This document shows positions 38,320 to 50,554 of a DNA stretch of 64,000 nt, one piece after another. The stretch's first letter is position 1. Every line of letters begins with the position of its first letter. The translations under genes were made by a program, and so were the position numbers. The notes beneath the pieces were generated by a model, which was not told the origin of the DNA, did not search any database, and saw only the letters and a program-made list of their open reading frames with translations. The stretch comes from Fimicolochytrium jonesii (Eukaryota): assembly GCF_025526975.1 (NCBI RefSeq), contig NW_026515668.1:434001-498000 (forward strand). Direction: 5' to 3'.

Positions 38320-39441
38320 ATGAGAGTGGGTAAGTCAATACACAGTGGTGCCAGCGCTGACCGTCGACCTCAACCAGCATTCCCAGGCTGCCTGCAGTTT
38401 GCTCCAAGGCTCAAGGATGTCGAATGGAACAGAAGGCGTTGCTCACAGCTCATAGAGGCAGAGGCGGTTGAACGTGGATCACTGAGTCTACTGATCCTGC
38501 CCGAAATGTGTTTCACTGGTTGGGCTAGACAAGGGTTGCGGTCGAGGTGTCGAAGCCATCGCTGACGTTAACCCTTAGGCTACACTTTCAAAGACAAAGA
38601 AGACATAATGCCACTGGCTGAAGACGAACAGGGAGAAACGATAAAATGGGCCGTCCACTGGGGTACGGGTGAGGGACCCGTTTTGCGGACGTGTGCTGAA
38701 TACTCACGAAGGGTAACACCTCGGTTAGCCAAACGCCTGCGAACTTTCATCCAACTGGGATACCCACGGAAGCATACTGCGCGGGACGGTTCGATAACGC
38801 TCTATAACTCCGTTTCTCTCGTCTCCCGGAGCGGGGAAGTGATCTACACCTACGATAAACATTTTCTATATGAGCTCGATGAGCGCTGGGCTGCAGAAGG
38901 GACTGGATTTCTATCAATTGACGTCCCACCTTTTGGCAAGGTGCGTATCACCCGAAAAGCATATTAGACGTCGCCATGGTGCCGAACTCAATCTTTGCAA
39001 GGTCGGACCGGGCATATGCATGGACGTGAACCCCTATCGATTCGAAGCGCCCTTCGAGGCGTTTGAGTTTGCCACCTTCCACAAAGCTCAAGGGACGGAG
39101 ATGGTGATCTGCTCTAATGCTTGGCTGATGTCCGAAGGTGTTGACGAACGCTCGCAAGACGTATGCCTTCCTACCATCAGATACTGGGCTACGCGAATGT
39201 CGCCGCTCATAGATTGCGAAAAAGCGCTTGTCTTCGTAGTGGCCAATCGCACGGGGGCTGAGGGAGGTGAGCACCTTTGTCATGCTTAGCGGGCAATCAC
39301 GCCTTGCTTACCCGGCGGCGTGCGTTTGTAGCCTCGACATTCTGTGGCACCAGCTGTGTCCTGAAATTCGAAGATGGTGGCATAGACCTCTTAGGAGCGT
39401 TGTCTGCAAGCGAAGAGGGACTATTGCTCGTGGACATGTAA
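38320..39441 (+). CDS. NTA1: Protein N-terminal amidase (nitrilase/CN-hydrolase fold), multi-exon
   Basis: MRV|GCLQFAP; LILPEMCFT|GYTF; YDKHFLYELDERWA; GICMDVNPYRFEAPF; YWATRMSPL; VANRTGAE (Glu-Lys-Cys triad present). Confidence 0.9.
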
Positions 39442-41010
39442 CCGGTGGCACTTCTGCACTTTTGAGGAGTTGGGTTGGCAGTTAATTACGGAACGCCAGA
39501 GAACCTGAGCGAGGTGGTGGCATCGCGGAAAAGCCCGCTCAGATATGGCGGAGATGACACATCCCTTCGGAGTCCAGACAAGCAAGCGCTTTCGACCTCG
39601 GCACATATCGCGGCTTCAGGTGTTAGGTGTTGAACCAATCCCCTGTAGTTTTGAGTGGATGAGATTTGCGACGTTCGCTTGCTTGCGGAGATCGTTACGA
39701 GTGTAGGAAGAATGGAGCGCAGGCTTCAAGTTGAACCGGAACGGGCCATCGGTTTTGCCCAGAGCGCGCGGGACTTTGGAACATCGGTAGCCTCTGAAGC
39801 TGCGAGACCTCTGTGGGTTTGCTGATTTGCTTGAATGGATGAGCACAAATAGCCGATGTGGCAATGCTGAAGGATATACTTTTCAAGGAGAGCAACTTGT
39901 CGCAGCAGAACGCTGGGTGTGGTTCATGAGTCTTGCATTGACCATTTATGCAACATAGGAATGTTTGATGTGGTATCCGCATTTGAAGCTGAGTCCGTGA
40001 TTACGAAGCGCCGGGAACTTCGTGTTCAGGAGTTCAGCTTCGACTGTTCGACAACGCGTCTGACGTTGCAACGGTTTGTTGATTGCCGCGAAAAAAAGGC
40101 TCCAAGTTGCAGACGAGGCATTTACTGTTTCGGGTGTCTGCCAACTGTGAAGCAGCACGCAGCGAGTCTTGTACGCCGAATTCACCATAACAAAGAAGCC
40201 AAACTCATCACGCTGCTAGAGAGGATTTTGTCCGTATGAACAACCAACAGTGCGTTCGCCGCCAACCACTGAATACTAGCCACCACAATTGACCCGGCTT
40301 CAGCTCGTTGTCCAGCCGCCATGCACTTATACCGTTCGGCTAACGCTCTTCTCGCCAAAACCGTCACCTGATCACGCGCATTGATTGCGCATACTTCACA
40401 CCGGAAGGGGGACAAACAAGAGAATGGCACCGATATCCAGGGAGCTGCCGATATGGGAACGTAGAGTCAGTAGTTGCTCGGGAGCGATGGCATAGAACTT
40501 GGACGGGTGCTTGTATTGCATATCCACAGCTGCAACAAGATGGACCGTCCACAGGAGTGCCTCCAGGCATTGGAGCCGCAGTGGGTTCTTCCTGCCACTG
40601 ACCGACCAAAAGAAGGGCAGCAAGAAGACGTCTGCAATACCGCAGGCGTACGCGGAGAATGGCATATGAGGATGCAGTAACAACAATTTGCAGACACCCA
40701 GAACCAAAGGCGTGGGGCTGAGATGGCAATGCTACATGCTTTTGAAGGTGTCACTGCAGCAGGTAGCTAGAAACACATCAAGGCCCCGTTGATGGGGAAC
40801 TGATCCATCCTGCAGTGTGCACTACTGAGGAGTCCGCTCAGGTTTGGCCAATATTGCCAATGGATGCACACGCGTTCTGCTTACGGAACGGACGTGCTGT
40901 CACCTGTCACCTGTCATTACGTCAGCAGTCCTGTCATCACGTCAGCAGTCAACAACTCCGCTTGGCCAAGAATGGGAGTCATGGTAGCCAGTTCCTCGGG
41001 CGTGGCTACG

Positions 41011-41225
41011 TAGGAATGCATAACTCGCGCTAAAAGTGCATAGCTCGGGTTAGGTTAGACTAGTTAGACAGTTGCCGGTAGACCCTGATTGTAGGAGGCC
41101 GGGTAAGGCCGACTCACCGACGGCAAAGGGGTCAGGTTTGTTAATCAAATGGTTCATTTTCGGCTGTGAGAATGTCTTATTCTGGAGGTGAGCTATGCAC
41201 TTTTAGCGCGAGTTATGCATTCCTA
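41011..41225. mobile_element. MITE with perfect long TIRs and probable TA target-site duplication (Tc1/mariner-like target)
   Basis: TAGGAATGCATAACTCGCGCTAAAAGTGCATAGCTC (41011-41046) is the exact reverse complement of 41190-41225: 36 bp including the terminal TA. There is no ORF inside. Confidence 0.9.
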
Positions 41226-41369
41226 GTCATCCCCCAGTTTCTCTGGCGGATTGATAAGAGCCAGCGTAGAGAATAAAGCAGCCAATTGTATTCCTCTAAA
41301 AGGTCAGAAGATGCAACAAAGCGGGCAACGGGACCTAGGCTGCTAAACTCTAGTATCTACGACTGGTAT

Positions 41370-42650
41370 CTAACCCAAAAATCCCTTGGGCACGGTGCAG
41401 CGAACGACACCGTGCGTTTCAAACACCCCAGAAACGAGGGCGACATTCTGCTTGCTGTCCACCTCGAAGACGGTGGACCCAGACACAAGGTTGCCATCGT
41501 CCGACCAAATACGCTTGGTGGTGCCATCGGGGCGGATGACATCTACCCACGAGGGAGCGATGGACTTCTTCCCAGCAGCGTAGTCTTGGAAGGTAAAGGC
41601 ATTGGGGTGGCCAGCTGGGGTGAGGTTCTTTGTGTCGGGATCATAGGAGAGATTGTCCGGGATGTAGTCCAGATTGTATCGCTTGTGGACCGACAAAGTG
41701 TGATCAGCGTTCTGCTCGAAAGCAACAACGTCCCCCCCAGTGGCTTCGTTCGCGTAGATAATCTTGCCATCTGTGTTCATTCCATTTGCGCCGCGCATGC
41801 CCTCAAAGGCTTTGATGCACTTGACGGTGCCGGTGGAGAAATCGCAGTAGGAGATCCACGAAAGAGGCAACTGGCCGTACTCCTCCAGACTACGGGCGGC
41901 ACCGGCGCGGTTGCCGTGGTCGTTGGACACGTAAAAGGACGTGGCGGAGGTAGGCGCCACGTTGTTGGGCGTGAAGATCAAGGGATCTTCTATGGTCTTG
42001 ATGTGCTTGAGGGTCGTGGTGGACACCTTCGGATCGTATTCCAAAACCTCGACGACCGAGTAAAGGCTGTCGGGGTTGTAAGGGGTCTGAGCCCGATGGT
42101 TCACGACGAACAAACGAATGGCGGTGCTGTCGACCTTGGGGAGGATTTTCATGCCGTGGGGGTGGAACGACGGAAGAGGCGGGGTGATGGTGAGCTTCGT
42201 CAAGCCTTGCTCGCCGGTCCCGGCGGTATCCTTGGCGTAGAGGTACGTGAAGATCGCTCCGTTCCCTTGCTTGCCGTACTCCGCATCCAGGAACGCCATC
42301 CCTGGCATCCACCCGGCCGTTTTGTTTGGTCGAATGCGATAGGGATCTGATCCCAGGAAGGCCGTCTTGGTGGGGCGATGCATTACAATGTCCTCAACCA
42401 TGACTGGCTTCGATCCATCTTCACCGACCGGACCGCTTGCCCAACGTTTGCAATTCTCCTGGCCGACTTTCGCGACCATCAGACGACCAATGCCGGTGTC
42501 GACAAGAAGTTCGGGAATCCAGGCATTGAAAGGAGTTGGCCCCAAGAGAGTATTGGAAACGGGTCCGAGGACCGTGTCGATTTGTGCCTCGGTACGGCCG
42601 CTCAGGGCGACAATGGTCGCCGAAACGAGGAGGAGAGGCTTGCAAAGCAT
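41370..42650 (-). CDS. Secreted paraoxonase/arylesterase-like six-bladed beta-propeller hydrolase, intronless
   Basis: Signal peptide; PON-type motifs EDIV, FHPHG, LFVVNH, PNNVA, FYVSNDH, GANG, IPDNLS. Confidence 0.85.
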   Translation of the reverse strand: MLCKPLLLVSATIVALSGRTEAQIDTVLGPVSNTLLGPTPFNAWIPELLVDTGIGRLMVAKVGQENCKRWASGPVGEDGSKPVMVEDIVMHRPTKTAFLGSDPYRIRPNKTAGWMPGMAFLDAEYGKQGNGAIFTYLYAKDTAGTGEQGLTKLTITPPLPSFHPHGMKILPKVDSTAIRLFVVNHRAQTPYNPDSLYSVVEVLEYDPKVSTTTLKHIKTIEDPLIFTPNNVAPTSATSFYVSNDHGNRAGAARSLEEYGQLPLSWISYCDFSTGTVKCIKAFEGMRGANGMNTDGKIIYANEATGGDVVAFEQNADHTLSVHKRYNLDYIPDNLSYDPDTKNLTPAGHPNAFTFQDYAAGKKSIAPSWVDVIRPDGTTKRIWSDDGNLVSGSTVFEVDSKQNVALVSGVFETHGVVRCTVPKGFLG

Positions 42651-43568
42651 GATGGTAGTATGAAGAGTAGTAGTGTGTCGCTACTGGGTATGCGAAAGGA
42701 TCGGAGAGACTGTAGAATCAAGGGGATGAGCCCGCACGTGGCTTTCTTAAATACTTTTTTGGACTGGACGCCTCCTAGCTCGAAAAGCTGGCGGTTCGCG
42801 ACCTCACCGCCTCCCACCATCGGTGCTCGAGCGAGAATAGGAGCAGAATCAGCCACGATCCGAACATAGACATTGTTGTCTTTGGGGGTCTCCCGTTGAT
42901 CTCTAAACATTGGGTTCAGCCGAGTGAGGCTAAAAGAAGATGGGTTCGGCATGTTTATTTGCAGCATATCCGGATGTTTCCTTTTGGGGCGCGTTTTGTC
43001 AAGAAGTTTAGAAAGGTGGGGGATCTTTTAAAAGCCGCCGAGGCCCGCCAAACGTTGTAAAGTAGGGACAGACATATGGACGGATCCCCACTCATTTCGG
43101 CGGAGCCGTCTGCCAGACGAAGAGGAGGATCTGGGCCGTTTCGCGGCAGTGCCTCTTTCGTTGTTGATGCCCTTCGTGGCCCGCATACAGCTGAAGACAA
43201 GCCTAGAAGGGAGGACCCATCGCAAGGCAATCAGAGGTTCCCCAGATAACAGAGTGCCTGGCAAAATGTAAAGTTGTCATACTCGAATCATAGTGATTTG
43301 TACGGAATTTATTGTCACTAATTCACTCTAGGGTATGTACAGGAGGTACGGACATTCAGGGTATTCTCGAAGAGGGCTATTATATGTACGTATGAGGGCC
43401 TATGTAGGATTCCGTGGCGGACCGAAGTGTGGTATGTACAACGCGGGAAGCGAGTTCGCGGTGGTGATTGATGCGTTACTTGGTCGGCAAGAAGGGGTGC
43501 TATATACATGCGGTGAGCTTGTCCGCGCAGGCGAACGAGATTTATGAGGTCGGCAACTCGGGATCGAG

Positions 43569-43739
43569 CTATGTTAAGGCATATTTGGGCGGTTGCGTGC
43601 TTGTTCGGATGGCGTGCTTGTATTTTGGTGGGGCATTTTTCTTTTCCTCCTTCTTTACTTTCGCGAGTTTTCGGGCTTGCTTAGCTTCGGAGTGCCAGAG
43701 GTGCTGTTGAGCGAAGATGTCGGTCATGTTTCCGTGCAT
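43569..43739 (-). CDS. Putative small basic protein (56 aa), unknown function
   Basis: MHGNMTDIFAQQHLWHSEAKQARKLAKVKKEEKKNAPPKY...; preceded by a TATA box and an A/C-rich leader. Confidence 0.4.
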   Translation of the reverse strand: MHGNMTDIFAQQHLWHSEAKQARKLAKVKKEEKKNAPPKYKHAIRTSTQPPKYALT

Positions 43740-43854
43740 TCTGATGTTGTGGGTAGTGCGGTTCAAGGTGAAACTTTGTTGCGATGTGCGTGGTAGCTGC
43801 TGAAGGGGTGAAGCTTTGATGCTTTTTGCGATGTTCGACTGTTGATGCTGGGGT

Positions 43855-43862
43855 CTTTTATA
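43855..43862 (-). promoter_or_regulatory. Canonical TATA box (TATAAAAG) upstream of the small ORF
   Basis: The minus strand reads GTGTATAAAAGACCCC, ~115 nt before the ATG at 43739. Confidence 0.45.
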
Positions 43863-44508
43863 CACATTTGAGAACAGTGCACGGACATCCAAGCTGGCCC
43901 TGCCCTCGTGGGAAGGGCAAGTGAATCAACCAGCCTCACACTCCACAGGAGTACGTACTCCGACGGGCCATTAGAGTTGGTGGATCAGTAGCATATCGAT
44001 AGATGTGCAGACGGTACGGTGACGGTGTAGGGCACCCTGGGGGGGAGGCAGGTTGGGTCGCTCCTTTCTCATGTGACATGGGAGTCTGCCGGACAAAAAA
44101 AAAACAGGGTGGAGCAGCCACCGTCGGCCCGGTGAAAGGACTCATGGAAAGGACTGAGGACTCCGCTGATATGCGTCATGTACTGTACATAGTAGGTACA
44201 GTATAACAATACCTTCGGACGTGGTTGGTGTTACAACTGTGGGGGAGGGGAGCCAGGGGGGAGCCTGAAGTCACGGAAACACGGAAGACACGGAGAAGGA
44301 GATGATGACACGACGGTGGACAAGGCCAAAACTTTTTTCAACTCGAGACCTCCCAAGTCCTGACGGACAAGCGTCTCAAGCGTGGGACAAGCACCTGCCC
44401 TCTTCTTCTGGCGCTCGTCTCAGAACGTCGGCCGGAAACGTGCGGCTAGGAAGGACCTTCTATGCGTAACGGTTGCCATAGAAGAGTCATTTCCACTACG
44501 AGAACGCC

Positions 44509-45866
44509 ATGGCGTCGGTCAACCAACAACCCAAGATCATCGTAGTTGATGGAAGCTCAACAACGAATCGGTCCGATAATCCTCTCTACGACCTTTTAAA
44601 GAAAGTCCCTTTCCGGGTAGAGAATGCTGTCCCCTCAAAGGTTCTAGGTGCCGAGGAATTGGCGGACAAACCAGCCGTAGTTATCTTTGCCGATCTAGAC
44701 GCCACAGCGGTAAGAACTCCCACGGAATGGCCGGACCGGTTGACCGAAGTCAGAAGGGCGCTCGGGAAGAGCGTTTTCGTGGTTTTGTGGAGTCAGCTGG
44801 CCTCTGATGATGTCGGACTGAGGATCAAGTGGCGGAGGTATGGCTGCGGTGTCCGGGGACGTCTTTGCATTCTATCTGTCCGCTCGTCGCAAGACCCATC
44901 GTACTGAAACTGTGCGCGTAGCCCTAGGAAGGACGTAAATATGATCACTGCGTCGGTCGACCACTTGCGCCTAGCCCTTGACAAGATCTCCGATCTCAAA
45001 TTGCCTCCTTCCACATGGCCTCCCGCGACATCAGCGCAACCCCTCCTCGGATGCCCATATTGTCCCGAAGCGCTTCCATTGGACCTACTCTATGACCACG
45101 TCCCTCTGTACCATACCCAAGAACCAAACAACAACGACCCCCTTCCTTGCCCCGCTTGTTCGTACCCACACTGTCGCCTGTCGGTGCATTTCCACGAAGA
45201 TCATTCGCCGAGTTGGGATACTCGGACTGACAAGATATCGCGCAAGGATCGGATTCCCATCTACGGGCTCACTGTATGCAGGAATCCGAAAGACGGCCGA
45301 TATCTGTTGATTGAGGAGCCGGGACAGAATGGGTGGTGGTGCCCCGGTGGCGGTGTGGATCCTGGGGAAGACTTGGCGGAAGGTGCCAAGAGAGAAGTCT
45401 TGGAGGAAGCAGGCGTAGAAGTCGAGATGAAAGGGATCTTGAGGGTGGAGTTTCAACCCGCCCATCCGCGAGGCCGGCGCTATCCGAGGCTACGGGTTGT
45501 GTTCTATGCTGAGGTGAGCTTCTCAGAATCATAAATGGGGACATCACTCTTTCATCAGTCATATGTTTAAATTCATGCTGGTCCCGCACTGCTAACCACT
45601 GCACGAAAATGATTCAGCCCGTACCTTCAACGCCCGAGAAACCAAATCTTCCAAAAACTCTCCCGGACTACGAATCCGTCAGCGCTTGCTACGTATCTGT
45701 GGAAGACATCGAGAAGCTACCACTGCGCGGGGCGGAACCCCTAATCTGGGGCAAGTACATCAGTGATGGTGGTATGATCTGGCCGATGGAGGTCCTGGGC
45801 CGGGGAGGCGATGCTCCTCCTGCCGGCGGCCCAACTCCGCTGGTTATGTCACAACTGAACCCCTAG
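44509..45866 (+). CDS. Nudix hydrolase fused to a tandem Zn-finger and an N-terminal alpha/beta domain
   Basis: Introns 44838..44927 and ~45514..45618. CPYC..x..HVPLYH..CPAC..x..HFHEDH; Nudix box GGGVDPGEDLAEGAKREVLEEAG. Confidence 0.85.
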
Positions 45867-46133
45867 TAAACACGGAGAGGAACGAGATTGGCACATAGAA
45901 TTTCAGTAGACATACAAATGAGACCACCATCAAATAGGAAAGTGACGGGATAATAGAACGGGTGTGACCACCCCTGCTAGCACCGGTATGATGCAAGAAT
46001 ATAGGAAGCCTTTCAATACGCCTTATGTGACGCCCACGCCGAAATACGTCAACTCAAAAGGAAACGCAGGGGAGCTACCATTAGACACCCTCCTTTGATA
46101 CGACCGAAACCGAATCCACTTCGGCCCCTGTTG

Positions 46134-48368
46134 TCACAAACTCGATGCGTTCGACTCATCGCTCAATCGCGCTTTACTGTCTCCACCAAACGTCTGCGTC
46201 GACGGAACCCTGCTCCTCGGGGCTCTGAACGTGGTATAGGCCGTATCCTTAGCGCGAGGCGGAGGTGAAAGCGACGAAGACTGATCTTTGTGATTGGAAA
46301 TCGAGCGCTGATGCGAAATGGGTGTCGGACTTTGGACAGTAGAGTGTCCGGTGAGCGTTCCAGGTTCAGTAGGGCTTTGTTGGCTTTGAGGACTGTTAGG
46401 CGTAACTTCGTCTTCTGGGTTGGGACTGTCCTGGAACTTTAATAGTAAATGACATTATTCACATCCTCTTCCACCGCTGACGGTCTTGGTGCCGTGGATT
46501 AGGGGGTTACCTACATGATGCTCAACCACCGCTGTAGGATCGGTGAATCTTGGGACGGAGGATCTCGCTTCGACGTTTCGTTCACGGAGGGCCTCCCAGG
46601 TCGTCAAATCCGAGCCTCCGCGGGATCCAGGTGATCCGGGGATGTCGAATGGTACCTTGCCGGTGCTCTGCGCTTCGGCGATGGAGGAACGCCTCTGACT
46701 TCCTCGTCGGCCGAGCGCTCCAGGCTGGATAGCAGGCTGGAACAAAAATTTAGCCTCAAGTGGAGATCAACGACGTGCGTCCACAGAGTCGACAACAAAC
46801 TGACCTCCTGTAACATCCCCGCCAACGTTGCCGCGATCCCTTTGCACTCGTCGATATACTTTCCTTCCTCCTTCTGCCAGCCCTCCATCCGCTCCACAAT
46901 CCGCTCAACTCGTTCCCGCATCTGCATCAGTTTCCCGACCCACTGCTGTTCGACTTCACTCCTGATAGTAACTTTCTCTGCGTACAGGTTGGCCATGGTG
47001 CTGTTGAGGTAGGCTATGATGTTGTTACGGTCCGCCAGCGTCATGCGGTAAAATTCTATGTCGCTTTGGAGCGACTGGTTCTGCTTTGCGCTCTGCAAGT
47101 AACGAATAGGGGAAGTCCATTGTGCGATACATCCATCGATGGTTAGAAACATAGACTGACCTCATTAAGCTGTTCCTTGAGAACTGTCAAAGCATGTCGA
47201 AGCTGCTGCTCGGAAAGTTCCGACGCACGCTCGGCTCGGTTGCGCATCGCTTGCGTTTGTTGAAGCTCGGCAGCGATGCTGTCACGGTTGCTTCGTAGTG
47301 CCTCCATTTCCACAGTTGCTGCGCTGATCTTGTTCTCTCGATCTCGAAGCTCTTTCTCCAATCTGAATGGAAGATGCCTTGAGCAACCGCATTGGGTGTA
47401 AATGTGAGGGCTGTCAGATGATGCTCACCTGTTGATCTCAAGACCCAGGACACTACACCTCTTCTGAATCTCAGTCATTTCGCGTTGAAAAACATTGATT
47501 TTGTCCTCGAGATATTTGTTTTGTTTCGTCATTTCCTCGTTACGCTTTTGAAGATCTCCGAGATGCTGGCTTTCCACGGATGCCTTGCTCCTCGAGGATC
47601 TATTCGTCTCGCCAGCTTTTCGGTTCCATTCTTGCTGTCGTTGCTTCAATTCTGTTTCGAGCGCATCTCGCTGTTCACGAGCCTTCCACAATTGAGTGCG
47701 AAGAGCATTTATATCCTGCTCTTTTGGAGACTGTGCAGGCCTACTCGAGAAGGGGGCGGTATTCATCCTCTGCATTTCGTCATCTGATTACGTCCGCACA
47801 TCGAGACTTACCTCTCCACACCGTTGGTAGATTTATTTCGAGCGTCAGCTGCACCGTCGGCCCTACCGACCGGCCCTATGTTTGAATCTAGCAAGAACCA
47901 AAATCATAGAGTACTTTAGCATTGATCTGCCTAATGCCATGCAGACGGGCTGCGTGTTTTACCTTTGTTCTGATTTTCTCCGTCATCACTATCCATCAAT
48001 TCCTTATCCAGGGTTCTGTTCGTCGTCGAAGTCGAAGGAAGAGCTGCCTCAGATAGATCCTCATCATGAAGTTCTTCCAAAGCTCTCAAATTCCGCTCAT
48101 CACCGGAAGCCGATATTGGCTCATTTCCCCGCACATCGGACCCGAAGCTGACATTTTGCGGGTGTCTCAAATTGATTTTATCCGCCAGGGGGCTCCCACG
48201 GCGATGATCGATCGTAGAGGCGCTGCGCGTGAGATTGGTGGACGACCCAGAGGTCAGTTCTGAGCTGAGAGCATCCGCGTCGGCTTGGGAGAGAGGCCGA
48301 GGAGTGAGAGAGCTGCCCTTTCGGCTGGGCTTTCGAATGTGAAATCTGCGCAACAGATCGGTTGCCAT
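46134..48368 (-). CDS. Coiled-coil protein of unknown function (multi-exon)
   Basis: Successive heptad-rich exons joined by canonical GT-AG introns, from MATDLLRRF to ...SNASSL*. Confidence 0.7.
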
Positions 48369-49560
48369 GTTTCCGTTTGACAAGCTGAGTTGGGGGACGA
48401 AGGAAAGTGTTCGAGAATTGCTGGGACTGAGTGCAAAGGTGTGAACCGGGGACGAGGCCATCTCAACAACCACGGAGGTGAGACATACCTGGCGTAGATG
48501 ACACAGGAGCCACAGAGCCGGGGATTCAAAGTTCGGACACGAGCACCGACGCCATATGCTATGAGGAAGCCTAGTGATAGTCAGACGACGCCACTGCAAT
48601 ATGTGTTTTGCACAAGTGGGAAAACTCGATCTTCACAAAACGTCGGAAAAGCTGTCGCGTGTGAGACGCAAGCCTCGTTTGCCCATGTCCTTCATGAATT
48701 CAGGGAAAAAACGCGTCTTTACGTATTATGCGAAGCGAAGCTTCTGGCGTCATTCTCCTCAGGATTCAAGCCTGGAAACACTCCACTTGCCAAGATGCCA
48801 AGGCTTCATCCCCCCCATTGTCGAGGGTCACTGGCAGGCCAAGCATGGCAACAAGCAATGGTGAAACGGCGATAATTTGACTTCTTCTACGAGCCGGTGA
48901 GCTTGAATTTGAACGTGGGCGAATGTCGGAAAACTTAGAAGTTGCACAGTTGTGCGACAGGGAAATTTGTAAGTGGGCCCTTTCAGCTCATCGATAGCCT
49001 CGGACAAATGTGCCCAATAACCCTGTGTAGGATTGATTGTATGGGGCAACTATCACTCGGTTCCTCTTGAAGCAACGGGTGCATAGGGGAACAAATTTAT
49101 GAAGTGCTGATGAGGATTACACGGACACTGAGTTAGGGTAGTGTCTGTTCCACCCGTGTGCGGGATTATTCAGTGCACGTAAAAAGTACCCACAGCATTA
49201 TTTCCGTTAACCCCCCACATTGCCAAAGGGGAATGGGTTGGACCAACCTAGAAACTACATCTGTCTGGCGGCTATCAGCTCGTCTGCAGCGATCAAGACC
49301 GTGTCCCCAGGGGGATGTGCGTCGAAGCAAATACGTCTGAAACAGAGGCAGCGGAGTTGTAACGCTGGATGTAACGCGTCTCCGAGTCGTGCGCGAGTCG
49401 GTCCCACATCGACTGTGTTCTTCGGTTTTGGTCTCGGACATTCCAACCCCAATAGACACTCAGCAACCAAGATTGCCCTGTTACAACGGAAAGGAACCCG
49501 GAGTTTCAAGAACTCGTCAAAACACTCGCTAAGTATCACAGTCAACAACCGAGAATAGAA

Positions 49561-50554
49561 ATGGCCAACTTTCGGACGATCGTTCGACCATTCCGCGTCC
49601 TTGGCGCATTTATCGTGCTCTCGCTCTTGTGGGCTAGCCTCATTTCCGCGCACGGCACAGCTGTGTCCGCCGACCGGGTATCGGAATGCCCTATCGCTGA
49701 AAAGGTGAGGGATAGGTGTTTCTCGGCTCTGGCGTCTTTCCTTTCTCTCGAGTTTAGTGCTGAGTTTGCTTGTCTTTCTCACTCTATTTCTGCGTTCTGC
49801 CCTGTGTTTGTCACGAACGTTGACAGTGCCCTTACTATGAGGTATGGTCAGATGCAGAATTATCTACATGTTTCTTATCAGCGCTAACACATTATAATGC
49901 TTCAGCGTATCAAAGTTCAACGCCAGGCACGCCAGAGTGCCAGCGGAGACGACGCTGAAGCGCACCACGGCTGCCCGCTGAAGAGCGGAGGATGCCCTTA
50001 CTATGAGCAGCACAAGAACGACCATAATGCTGAAGATGCGCTTGTGGAGCCCGGAGATGCCTGCCCGTTGGCGTCAAAGTGCAAGTAAGTGGAATATGTG
50101 CATTGTTTTGTCAATCAACCCATCATTTAATGCGCATCCAACGATGTAGGTGGTACCAGGATATCAAAGATGGCAAGGCGAACTCCGTTGATTTCAACAA
50201 AAGCGACTGCCCATTGAAGGACAAGGTATCACGTTTCAGTATGGTGAGCGTTCCGATGGTCAATAGATCTAACGCAACCCTTTTTTCTCTCAGTGTCCCT
50301 ACTACGCTGAAATCAAACAAGCCCGACCCAACACAGACAGAGTCGACGCCGCCGGCAAAAAGGCATCGGACTGCCCCGTCCTGCACGCCTGCCCGCACTT
50401 TTCAAAGGAAGACATCAAATCTCAGCCCCATCCCCACGGGCATGCGCACGAACACGGGCACCAAGCGGCGAAATGTCCTCATTTGCAGAAGGTTAAGCAG
50501 CAGGAGGAGGCGGAGAAAGCGGCTGCTGCTGCTGGTGGACGTGATGAGTTGTGA
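49561..50554 (+). CDS. ER-luminal Cys-Pro-repeat, His-rich protein (signal peptide, C-terminal RDEL)
   Basis: Four exons give signal peptide...ECPIAEK|...GCPLKSGGCPYY...ACPLASKCK|WY...DCPLKDK|CPYY...DCPVLHACPHF...HPHGHAHEHGH...KCPHL...GGRDEL*. Confidence 0.8.

Noticed and set aside
41286..42350. 354-aa ORF on + strand
   Set aside because: Antisense shadow of the codon-biased paraoxonase-like gene; no recognisable motifs.
49106..49131. TGATGA...CTGA C/D-box-like pair
   Set aside because: Spacing is far too short for a snoRNA and there is no terminal stem.
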